DNA of 64,000 nucleotides from Phycisphaerales bacterium (GTDB taxonomy: Bacteria; Planctomycetota; Phycisphaerae; UBA1845): contig JADZBE010000026.1 of assembly GCA_020852275.1 (NCBI GenBank), positions 116,316 to 180,315 of the forward strand, written 5' to 3'. Below, piece by piece: positions 1 through 7,660 of this stretch. Positions within the stretch are counted from its first letter, which is position 1. Every line of letters begins with the position of its first letter. A program made the translations under genes and the position numbers. The notes under the pieces were generated by a model. It was given only the letters and a program-made list of their open reading frames with translations. It did no database searches and had not been told where the DNA came from.

Positions 1-2
1 GC

Positions 3-914
3 GTGCTTGTGTACTTCATGTACGAGCAGCACTGGTTCGGCATCGGCACCGAGGAGTTTCAGCGCGCCGGCTCGGCGCTAATGACCCTCCAGCGCGGCGG
101 CGCCGCGATCCACGAGCACGGCGACCCGCTCCTGCCGCACAACGGGCACGAGGCGGCCGTCATGTTCTTCACCGGCTGGGTCATCGAGCAGTCGCTGAGC
201 CTGGACAACATCTTCGTCATCGCCGTGATCCTGGCCTACTTTGGCGTGCCCGCAAAGTACCAGCACCGCGTGCTCTTCTGGGGCATCATGGGGGCGCTGG
301 TCATGCGTGGCATCATGATCGGGCTTGGCGCGGCGCTGATCCACCGCTTCAACTGGGTCATCTACGTGTTTGGCGGGCTGCTGCTGCTGACCGCGGTGAA
401 GATGCTGCTCACCCGGGAAAGCAGCGTCGAGCCGGACCGCAACCCGCTGGTGCGCCTGGCGAGGCGGATCTTTCCGGTGACGACCTACTTCGAGGGCGAG
501 CATTTCTTCACGCGCATCGACGGCCGGCGGGCGATCACGCCGCTCTTTCTCGTGCTGCTGGTCATCGAAAGCACCGACGTGCTCTTCGCGGTGGACTCCA
601 TTCCCGCGGTGTTCGCCATCACCAAGGACCCGTTTCTCGTCTTTACTTCGAACGTCTTCGCCATTCTCAATCTGCGCTCGCTGTATTTCGCGCTGGCGGG
701 CATCATGGACAAGTTCCGCTACCTGAAGATGAGCCTGGTCTTTGTGCTGGGCTTCGTGGGCATCAAGATGATCCTCTCGCATCACTTCGACATCCCGACG
801 CTCTTCTCGCTGGGCATGATCGGCGGCATGTTGCTGGTGGGCGTGCTCGCTTCGCTGGCCGCGGACCGGCGCGACCAGAGAGCATCGCCGGCGGAAGCGG
901 GATCCGAACCGTGA
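3..914 (+). CDS. TerC family integral membrane protein, 5' end probably truncated by window edge
   Basis: ORF 3..914. The EQSLSLDNIFVIAVILAYFGVP motif and repeated hydrophobic helices are typical of TerC/Alx. The usual N-terminal ~50 aa of the family are missing, so the true start is probably upstream of the window. Confidence 0.8.
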   Translation: MLVYFMYEQHWFGIGTEEFQRAGSALMTLQRGGAAIHEHGDPLLPHNGHEAAVMFFTGWVIEQSLSLDNIFVIAVILAYFGVPAKYQHRVLFWGIMGALVMRGIMIGLGAALIHRFNWVIYVFGGLLLLTAVKMLLTRESSVEPDRNPLVRLARRIFPVTTYFEGEHFFTRIDGRRAITPLFLVLLVIESTDVLFAVDSIPAVFAITKDPFLVFTSNVFAILNLRSLYFALAGIMDKFRYLKMSLVFVLGFVGIKMILSHHFDIPTLFSLGMIGGMLLVGVLASLAADRRDQRASPAEAGSEP

Positions 915-1225
915 GCGACTCGCCCGGGAATCGCCCTGATGATTCGCCGCCGCCGGGCCTGCTCAACGGACTTGCCAGGCACGGCTGGCGACATGCCAAG
1001 CGCGTCGTCATCTTCGTCGTCGGCGGCACGCTGGTGCTGCTGGGCATCGCCATGATTGTCCTGCCCGGACCGGCCATCGTCGTGATCCCGGCGGGCCTGG
1101 CCGTGCTGGCGACGGAGTTCGTGTGGGCGCGGTGGCTGCTGAAGCGAGTCAAACAGCAGATGCGCAACATGGGCAACGCGATCATGGGCGCCTCGCGCCC
1201 GCCCCCGCCCGGAGAGAAGCCGTAG
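911..1225 (+). CDS. PGPGW-motif small membrane protein
   Basis: The GTG start overlaps the terC stop (GTGA). Two hydrophobic helices are present, and the VLPGPAIVVIPAGLAVLATEFVWARWLLKR sequence matches the PGPGW transmembrane family pattern. Confidence 0.6.
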   Translation: MSDSPGNRPDDSPPPGLLNGLARHGWRHAKRVVIFVVGGTLVLLGIAMIVLPGPAIVVIPAGLAVLATEFVWARWLLKRVKQQMRNMGNAIMGASRPPPPGEKP

Positions 1226-1244
1226 CGGGCACACGCAGCCCCCG

Positions 1245-1280
1245 GGTGGCACGGTCCGGCGTACTCGCCTGACCGTGGTG
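1245..1280. repeat. Hairpin REP-like element, variant of GGTGGCAC-headed family
   Basis: GGTGGCACGGTCCGGCGTACTCGCCTGACCGTGGTG. Inverted arms are CACGGTC/GACCGTG. It is intergenic, between the PGPGW gene and pfp. Confidence 0.6.
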
Positions 1281-1494
1281 TGCGGGGCACGAGCAGGGTC
1301 AACGGAGTACCGCAGACCATGCCACCCGCCCACCCGGCTGTTGGGTTCAGTGCGGCGCCCGACTTTGCAGCAAGCTGAACCCTCTCTCGCGGCAGGCGCT
1401 TCGCCGATAAGATACTGAGGCGGGCCGTGCAGATGCGCGGCGGGTATGAAATCCCTGGCGCGCCGAGCGGGCGAGCAGGCTAGAGGGCATTGGC

Positions 1495-2844
1495 ATGAAA
1501 CTGGGCATTCTCGTCGGCGGCGGTCCGGCGCCGGGCATCAACGGCGTCATCGGCGCCGCCACCATTGAAGCCATCAACAACGGGCTGGAAGTCATCGGCT
1601 TTTACGACGGCTTCAAGAACCTCGCCGCCGAGCACTTCGACCCCAAGCCGTCGGTGTGGCGAATGCAGATCGCCGACGTCGGCCGCGTGCACATGCACGG
1701 CGGGTCGATCCTGCGCACGTCGCGCACGTCGCTGATCGCGCCCAACAAGACCGACGAATCCGCCGTCGTCGAGCCGGACCTCGCCAAGGTCGATCGCGTG
1801 CTCAAGCGTCTGGATGATCTCGGCGTCGGGCTGCTGCTGACCGTCGGCGGCGACGACACCGCGCTCTCCGCGCGCTTCGTCTGCGAACGATCCGCGGGGC
1901 GCATCCGCGTCGCGCACGTGCCCAAGACGATCGACAACGACCTCCCGCTCGACGGCGACGTCCCCACCTTCGGTTACACCAGCGCCCGCACGCTGGGCAC
2001 CGAGCTGGTCGCCAACCTCATGGAGGACTCGCGCACCACCGGGCGCTGGTACATCGTCCAGACCATGGGGCGCAACGCCGGGTTCCTGGCGCTGGGCATC
2101 GGCAAGGCCGCCGGCGCGACAGTCACGCTGATTCCCGAAGAGGTCGCGGGCACGACGACCATCGCGGACCTTGCCACGCTGGTGGAGGGCGCGATCCTCA
2201 AGCGCCGCGTGATGGGGCGAACGGACGGCGTCGCCGTGGTAGCCGAGGGGCTGGCATACAAGCTGGGCGATGCCAAGGAGCTGTCACGCCTGCTGGGCAA
2301 GGAAGTTCCCGTGGACGCGGCGGGGCACCCGCGGCTGGCGGAAGTTCCGCTGGCCAACCTGCTCAAGGACGAAATCACCCGGCGATTCAAGGAGCGCGGG
2401 GACAAGATCACGCTCGTGTCGCACACGCTGGGCTACGAGCTGCGCTGCGCCCGGCCGCAATCCTACGACATGGCCTACTGCCGGGACCTGGGGCACGGCG
2501 GCGTTCAGCTTCTGCTCGATTCCAAGCGCGACCTTCCGACGGGCTTGATGGTGACCATTCACCATGGCGAACTGCGCCCGGTGGCGTTCGAGGACCTCGT
2601 CGATCCGAAGACGCGGCGCACGCGCATCCGCCAAGTCGATCTGAACAGCTACTCCTACGAGGTCGCCCGTGCGTACATGATTCGCCTGGAGCCGGAGGAT
2701 TTCGAGCTGCCCAACATGCTCGAATCGCTGGCGCGCGAGGCCAGGATGTCGCCCTTCCAGTTCCGCAAGACGTTTGAGCCGGCGGTGCTGGGCTGCTGCC
2801 GCCGCAGCGAGCCGACCACGATGCACGCGGCCAACGGCGGTTGA
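1495..2844 (+). CDS. pfp: 6-phosphofructokinase, probably pyrophosphate-dependent
   Basis: PFK-family motifs are GGGPAPGINGVIG, TVGGDDT, PKTIDNDL and MGRNAGFLAL. The Asp-containing GGDD variant (instead of GGDG) is the one associated with PPi-dependent enzymes. An AGAGGG Shine-Dalgarno lies upstream of the ATG. Confidence 0.85.
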   Translation: MKLGILVGGGPAPGINGVIGAATIEAINNGLEVIGFYDGFKNLAAEHFDPKPSVWRMQIADVGRVHMHGGSILRTSRTSLIAPNKTDESAVVEPDLAKVDRVLKRLDDLGVGLLLTVGGDDTALSARFVCERSAGRIRVAHVPKTIDNDLPLDGDVPTFGYTSARTLGTELVANLMEDSRTTGRWYIVQTMGRNAGFLALGIGKAAGATVTLIPEEVAGTTTIADLATLVEGAILKRRVMGRTDGVAVVAEGLAYKLGDAKELSRLLGKEVPVDAAGHPRLAEVPLANLLKDEITRRFKERGDKITLVSHTLGYELRCARPQSYDMAYCRDLGHGGVQLLLDSKRDLPTGLMVTIHHGELRPVAFEDLVDPKTRRTRIRQVDLNSYSYEVARAYMIRLEPEDFELPNMLESLAREARMSPFQFRKTFEPAVLGCCRRSEPTTMHAANGG

Positions 2845-3032
2845 GGTGACTCTTCGAGGCGGATGCGCGGCGGGAGCTGACCGCCGGCGGCGCGCCCCAG
2901 TCCGCGCGGAGTGTGACCTGCGTGGGGAGACTCGCCGCGATCCCTGATAGTGTCCTGGCGGACAAATGGCCGGGCTGCTCTGCAATGTCGGCTGGCCGTT
3001 GGGTCGCAAGCCAAGCGAGTGCTTCACGGCGC

Positions 3033-3170
3033 GCACAGGTTGGAAACCTGTGCTACAGCCACCGGTTGGAAACCGGTGCCACAGGCACAGGTTGGAAACC
3101 TGTGCTACAGCCACCGGTTGGAAACCGGTGCCACACACCTTGGTGTCGTCACCGGGTGGAGACCGGGGCC
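3033..3170. repeat. Tandem twin-hairpin repeat (two 52-bp units plus a degenerate third hairpin)
   Basis: The unit GCACAGGTTGGAAACCTGTGCTACAGCCACCGGTTGGAAACCGGTGCCACAG occurs twice in tandem. Each unit holds two perfect hairpins (CACAGGTT..AACCTGTG and CACCGGTT..AACCGGTG). It lies between the convergent pfp and tolC-like genes. Confidence 0.85.
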
Positions 3171-3206
3171 ACAACGCGTTCTGCAACCGACCCGGCCGCC
3201 GGACGA

Positions 3207-4946
3207 TCAATTCTCCTTCAGCGGCGCGATGATCACGTTGTTGTATTGGAGCAATGTTCCCTTTGCCGCCTCAAGGTCGATCACCGCGATGTGGTAGTCG
3301 ATCAGCGCTTGAAGAAGCTGGCGCCGCCCGGCGGCCAGACCGTTGAGCGCCCCAAGCTCCGCGTTGAGCTGGGCGAAGTCCTTGCGCTCCGCGCGGGCGT
3401 CGATGGCCTGCACCTGCCGCACGCCCGCCTCGACGGACTCCAGCCGCGGCAGGAGCACGCTCCAGTTGGTGTCGAGATTGCGGACGCCGACGCTGACCTG
3501 CGTGATGACCTCCTCGGTCCGCCGCCGCAGCTCCGCCTCGGCCTGCGCCAGCGTGAGCCGGGCGCGGATCAGCCGCGACTTGGCGGCGCGGTTCCCGATG
3601 GGCACCTCGAACTCGATGCCCACGGTGTACTCGTTGAAGTCGTTCTTGGTCACCTCGTCGAAGGAGCGGTCGGCGCTCTTGCCCAACCCGTCCACGGCGT
3701 AGTTGAAGGTGAGGTCGAGCCGGGGCAGAGTCTGATTGCGCGCCTGCCCGATGCTCGAGAGCGCATTGGAAACCAGCAGTTCCGCCTCGCGGATTTCCGA
3801 GCGGTTTTCCAGCGCGGTCTGAAGCTCGCCGACGCGGTCCACGAGGATGCGCGGAAACACCGGCAACCCTTCCGGGAGGATTTCCAGATCATCCGCCAGG
3901 CTCAGCTCCGGGTCGTTCAGCAGCGAGAGCAGTTGGTCCTCCGCATTGCGCACGTTGGACAGCACGCGAAGAAAATCCGCGCGGCTGGTCTCCAGGTTTG
4001 CCTTCGTGTCTTCAAGCTGGATCTTGTTGACGTCGAAATCTTTCCGCGCGTAGAGGTTCTGGTAAATGCTCTCGAATCGTTCCAGCAGCCGGGCGGAGAT
4101 GACCACCTCCCGCCGCGCCTGCACCAACTGCCAGAATGCCACCTCCGCCTGACGCAGCGACTCCCGGATGCGCTGCTGGAACTGGTAATCCGCGATCCGC
4201 TTGTTGTTCACGGCGACGACGATGGCCGACCGGTTGAAGTCGATGCCGAACCCGCGCAGCAGCGGCTGCTGTAGCCCGAGGTTGAGCTGGCTGAAGTACT
4301 GCGGGTTGATCTGCTGGAACGCCAGGCTGGTGAACTGCCGCTCGAGGCTGTAGCTCGTGCTCACCTGCATGCCGGTGGGGAGGACTTTGCGAACGCCCGT
4401 GTTCCAGTAGAAGCGGTCGAAGTCCGTGGCCGCAAGCTGCGAACCCGACGGGCGGTCCTGAATCACCTTGCTCATGCTGGAGAAGAGTGAAGCGTCGAAC
4501 ACCGCCTCGGCCTCGACGACGCGCGTGGCCTCGATCGCCGGGTTGTACCGCGCGACCTCCAGCGCGAAGTTGTACTTGAGCATCCGCTCGATGGCGTCTT
4601 CGAGGGTGAGCGAAACCTGCCGCGGACGCCTGACCTGCCCGACTCGCTCGAGGAGGCGTGCGTAGTGTTTCTGATCTTCCTTGTCGCCGTCGCGCAGCTC
4701 CGCCTCCGTAAGCTGGGGAACGACCTGTGGATCGATGAGGTGGTTCCGCAGGCGCTCCGGGTCGATGCCTTCGGGGAGCCCTCCGCGCTCCGCGGTCTGC
4801 GCCGGGTCGCCGGTGGCCTGCTCCCCGGCTGGCTGCTGGTCGGTTGCCCGCACGGTGACCTTCGTCTCGACGCCCGGCTCGGTCTGTGCCGCGGCGACCA
4901 CCGGCAGCAGCGCCATCCACCCCCACGCCCATGTCGTGTGCGTCAT
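3207..4946 (-). CDS. TolC-family outer membrane efflux protein
   Basis: The 817-aa ORF is trimmed to the internal ATG at 4946. This gives the signal peptide MTHTTWAWGWMALLPVVAAAQ. The body is long, helix-rich and internally duplicated, with the LTLEDAIERMLKYNFALEVARYN-type start typical of outer membrane factor proteins. Confidence 0.75.
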   Translation of the reverse strand: MTHTTWAWGWMALLPVVAAAQTEPGVETKVTVRATDQQPAGEQATGDPAQTAERGGLPEGIDPERLRNHLIDPQVVPQLTEAELRDGDKEDQKHYARLLERVGQVRRPRQVSLTLEDAIERMLKYNFALEVARYNPAIEATRVVEAEAVFDASLFSSMSKVIQDRPSGSQLAATDFDRFYWNTGVRKVLPTGMQVSTSYSLERQFTSLAFQQINPQYFSQLNLGLQQPLLRGFGIDFNRSAIVVAVNNKRIADYQFQQRIRESLRQAEVAFWQLVQARREVVISARLLERFESIYQNLYARKDFDVNKIQLEDTKANLETSRADFLRVLSNVRNAEDQLLSLLNDPELSLADDLEILPEGLPVFPRILVDRVGELQTALENRSEIREAELLVSNALSSIGQARNQTLPRLDLTFNYAVDGLGKSADRSFDEVTKNDFNEYTVGIEFEVPIGNRAAKSRLIRARLTLAQAEAELRRRTEEVITQVSVGVRNLDTNWSVLLPRLESVEAGVRQVQAIDARAERKDFAQLNAELGALNGLAAGRRQLLQALIDYHIAVIDLEAAKGTLLQYNNVIIAPLKEN

Positions 4947-5149
4947 GTTCGTCTCACTCGATGTTGAAGCGGGCTTCCGCGGCGGCCCCCCGCGCCGGGA
5001 GCGACCGGTCCTGCCCGCCGGTGCGCGCCACGCCCGGCAGGTCCGTTTCGAGGCGGCATCGTAGCTGCCGGCGGCGCGCTGCGTCAACGTGAAAGCGGTG
5101 ACCCGCCCACGCGCCACAAGAATCGACGCCCGGGCGATGCAACGTTGTC

Positions 5150-5580
5150 CCCCCGCATTTCTGCATGCGCGGCGTGAGCGGATGGCGCAATACCATGGGA
5201 GGGCGCAATCCGGCGTGATGTGGTGGGTCCGTTGGATGGTGGGACGGCACGGGTCCGCAGCGGCGGACCCGTGGTGAGCGCGAACGTGCGCCCCGGATGA
5301 ATACGCCACGCGGGGTGGAGTACGCCGGACCGTGCCGCTCGCCGCCGGGAACCGTGCCCAACCCGATGCGCTTGCATCCCCACTTGGCGAGGAAAACAAC
5401 CATCGCCTGTTGCCAAGCCGGGGGTGCGAACGGATATTGCCGCTCGGCGCGGTTGAAGTTGGCGCGGGACACGGGGCGAAGCCTTGGCAACCGCTTGGCG
5501 CGGCTGGATGCCCTTGGCGTTGCGACGTCCGGCGTATGGGGTATGGCACGAGTGCGGGCGAACTGCACCTTCGCCGTGGT
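5150..5580 (-). pseudogene. Possible decayed higB/higA-like toxin-antitoxin relic
   Basis: Ordered minus-strand fragments occur in three different frames:
- YAGRRNAKGIQPRQAVAK (5518..5483 core)
- HPRLGNRRW (5426..5400)
- SGWARF (5366..5349)
- GERHGPAY (5343..5320)
- RIHPGRTFA (5305..5279)
- ITPDCAL (5219..5199)
These resemble the HigB killer motifs KKGIQPKHA / HPLKGD / NWRVIF / GDAY, followed by the HigA motifs IHPGE / ITADTAL. A REP hairpin sits inside at 5246..5276. Confidence 0.3.
5246..5276. repeat. Hairpin REP-like element (GGCACGGGTCCGC..GCGGACCCGTGGTG)
   Basis: Near-perfect inverted repeat CACGGGTCCGC/GCGGACCCGTG. It belongs to the same family as the copies at 17988, 20048, 56529, 60936 and 63271. 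Confidence 0.8.
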
Positions 5581-5677
5581 TTGCCGCTCGTACAGGCTCT
5601 GGAACGTATCTTGCCGGGCTTCTTGGCGTGGGGCGTGCGGTCAAAGACGTCCGGGCCCAACCGTCGATGAGGTGATT

Positions 5678-6829
5678 ATGAAAGTCGCGGTGCCGAAAGA
5701 GATCGCGGCGGGGGAACTCCGCGTCGCGCTGGTTCCGGAATCCGTCAAGAAGATGGTCAAGGCGGGGATTGCCGTCGCCGTGGAGAGCGGCGCGGGCGCG
5801 GCCTCGTTTCTGCCGGATGCGGAGTACAAGGACGCCGGCGCGGAAATCATCAGCGACGCGGCGGGACTTTTCGCACAAGGGGACTTTGTGCTGAAGGTGC
5901 AGCCGCCGACGGCGGGCGCGGGCGGGCGGCACGAAGCCGACCTGATGCGCGAAGGCGCGATGCTGCTGGGCAGCCTCTACCCGACGCGCCACGTCGAGAT
6001 CATGCGCAAGCTCGCCGCGCGCCGCGTCACCGCCTTCTCCACCGACTGCATCCCGCGCACGACCCGCGCGCAGGCGATGGACACGCTGTCGAGCATGGCC
6101 AACATCGCCGGATACAAGGGCGTGCTGCTCGCCGCGGAAGCGCTGCCGCGTTACCTCCCCATGTTCATGACCGCCGCCGGCACGACCTTCGCCGCGAAAG
6201 TGTTCGTCATCGGCGCGGGCGTGGCCGGCTTGCAGGCGATCGCCACGGCGAAACGCCTCGGCGCGCAGGTGACCGCGACCGACGTGCGCCCCGAGGTGAA
6301 AGAGCAGATTCAGAGCGTCGGCGCGAAGTACATCGGGATCGAGCTGGCGCAGAGCGCTTCCGCGGGCGGCGGCTATGCGGCCGAGCTTTCCGAGGAGGAC
6401 AAGAAACGTCAGCGCGAGCTGCTGGTCGAGCACTGCGGCACGGTGGACGTGATTGTCACCACGGCGCTCATCGGCGGCGTGTTTGCACCGAAAATCATCA
6501 CCGCCGACATGGTGCGGAAGATGCGCCCCAGCACCGTCATCGTGGACCTCGCGGCGGAGGGCGGCGGCAACTGCGAACTGACGAAACCGGGACAGACGGT
6601 GGTGGAAAACGGCGTGACGATTCTCGCCCCCCTGAACCTGCCGTCCACCGTTCCGCAACACGCCAGCGTGCTGTTCTCGCGCAACCTGACCCACTTCGTG
6701 CTGGCGTTCTGGAAGGACGGCAAGTTCAACCTCGACCTGTCGGATGAAATTCTCAAAGGCGCGGTCATTACGCACAACGGAGAAATCGTTCACGCGAAGA
6801 CGAAGGAAGCAGCCGGGCGCGCGCCTTAG
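5678..6829 (+). CDS. pntAA: NAD(P) transhydrogenase subunit alpha part 1 (dI domain)
   Basis: The ORF is trimmed to ATG 5678, which follows a GAGGTG SD. The N-terminus is MKVAVPKEIAAGELRVALVPESV. The Rossmann motif VIGAGVAGLQAIATAKRLGA is present. The protein is alanine dehydrogenase/PNT-like throughout. Confidence 0.9.
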   Translation: MKVAVPKEIAAGELRVALVPESVKKMVKAGIAVAVESGAGAASFLPDAEYKDAGAEIISDAAGLFAQGDFVLKVQPPTAGAGGRHEADLMREGAMLLGSLYPTRHVEIMRKLAARRVTAFSTDCIPRTTRAQAMDTLSSMANIAGYKGVLLAAEALPRYLPMFMTAAGTTFAAKVFVIGAGVAGLQAIATAKRLGAQVTATDVRPEVKEQIQSVGAKYIGIELAQSASAGGGYAAELSEEDKKRQRELLVEHCGTVDVIVTTALIGGVFAPKIITADMVRKMRPSTVIVDLAAEGGGNCELTKPGQTVVENGVTILAPLNLPSTVPQHASVLFSRNLTHFVLAFWKDGKFNLDLSDEILKGAVITHNGEIVHAKTKEAAGRAP

Positions 6830-6872
6830 CGTTATTCAGAACCCGTGGCGCCGGCGAGGGCGGGGAGCAATT

Positions 6873-6907
6873 GCGAATGGCGAATGGCGAATGGCGAATG
6901 GCGAAAT
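6873..6907. repeat. Heptanucleotide tandem repeat (GCGAATG x4 plus GCGAAAT)
   Basis: The sequence reads directly as gcgaatg gcgaatg gcgaatg gcgaatg gcgaaat. It lies in the 228-bp spacer between pntAA and pntAB. Confidence 0.9.
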
Positions 6908-7057
6908 CAGAAACCGTAGCGCCAGCGAGCGTGTGAGTCCGGCAGCCCTGTGGGATCTGTGTACGCCTTTGCGCTAGAAGGATCGACGAGGCTCGCACGC
7001 GTGACGACGGTCACCCCTCCATTTTTTGAGGGGTCGGAAGGACTGAGGAATCAAGCG

Positions 7058-7660
7058 ATGTTGGATCGACGAAGACTACGATGGATCGCGCCGCTGCTGC
7101 TCGTCGGGCTTTGGCCGGCGGGGTGCGGCAACGACACGACCTCGACGCCGGAGTCTGACAAGGGCAGCCCCCCTGCCGCCGCCAAGGGCGGTGGGGAGGA
7201 TGCTTCCAAGCCCCAGCAGCCGGGCGATACGGAGCACAAGCCGGGTGACGCGGAGCACAAGCCGGGTGACGCGGAGCACAAAGTGGGAGACGCGACCCAG
7301 TCCGCGCCGGCGGCCGGGTCCACGCAGGCCCCGCCCCCCGCCGGTCACGGCGCCTCCGGCGACGCCGGGCTGGACTTCATGTCCATGCTCTTCGTCTTCA
7401 TGCTGGCGACCTTCATCGGCATCGGCGTGATCCGCCGCGTTTCGCGCCTGCTGCACACGCCGCTGATGTCGCTGACCAACGCCATCTCCGCCATCGCCGT
7501 GGTCGGCTCGATCATGGTCACCGGCAGCACGCACTACCCCGGCTGGATTCGCTTCATGGGCGGCGTCGCCCTCTTCGCTTCCATGACCAACATCGTCAGC
7601 GGCTTCCTCATCACCGACCGGATGCTCAAGATGTTCAAGACGAGGGAGGCGGGCAAATGA
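7058..7660 (+). CDS. pntAB: NAD(P) transhydrogenase subunit alpha part 2 with N-terminal signal/lipoprotein-like extension
   Basis: The C-terminal ~95 aa (MSMLFVFMLATFIGIGVIRRVSRLLHTPLMSLTNAISAIAVVGS...ITDRMLKMFK) is a canonical 3-helix PntAB. The upstream in-frame 107 aa start at an ATG preceded by GAGGAA. They encode MLDRRRLRWIAPLLLVGLWPAGC plus a P/G/A/K-rich region with KPGD(A/T)EH x3. An alternative short start at ATG 7379 cannot be excluded. Confidence 0.75.
   Translation: MLDRRRLRWIAPLLLVGLWPAGCGNDTTSTPESDKGSPPAAAKGGGEDASKPQQPGDTEHKPGDAEHKPGDAEHKVGDATQSAPAAGSTQAPPPAGHGASGDAGLDFMSMLFVFMLATFIGIGVIRRVSRLLHTPLMSLTNAISAIAVVGSIMVTGSTHYPGWIRFMGGVALFASMTNIVSGFLITDRMLKMFKTREAGK

Noticed and set aside
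2950-3297. ORFs 2950..3297, 2966..3232 and 2913..4274 encode repeated GWKPV/TGWKPVLQPPVGNRCH peptides.
   Set aside because: They are read-throughs of the twin-hairpin DNA repeat and of the tolC antisense strand, not genes.
4947-5660. A 238-aa N-terminal extension of the TolC-like ORF (the full ORF is 3207..5660).
   Set aside because: The extension is Arg/Pro/Ser-rich and crosses a REP hairpin. It precedes a perfect signal peptide that begins at the internal ATG 4946, so the longer model is not credible.
5084-6793. A 569-aa minus-strand ORF. Similar very long ORFs lie antisense to real genes at 7534..9447, 12254..14650, 15670..18252, 26299..28134, 28888..30369, 32327..34177, 40062..41444, 44638..46491 and 52836..53828.
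   Set aside because: Their translations are dominated by Arg/Ala/Gly/His/Asp/Val runs with no motifs. The opposite strand encodes unmistakable family members (pntAA, pntB, S8, rpsA, FG-GAP, ahcY and others). These are the stop-codon-poor shadow frames typical of high-G+C DNA.
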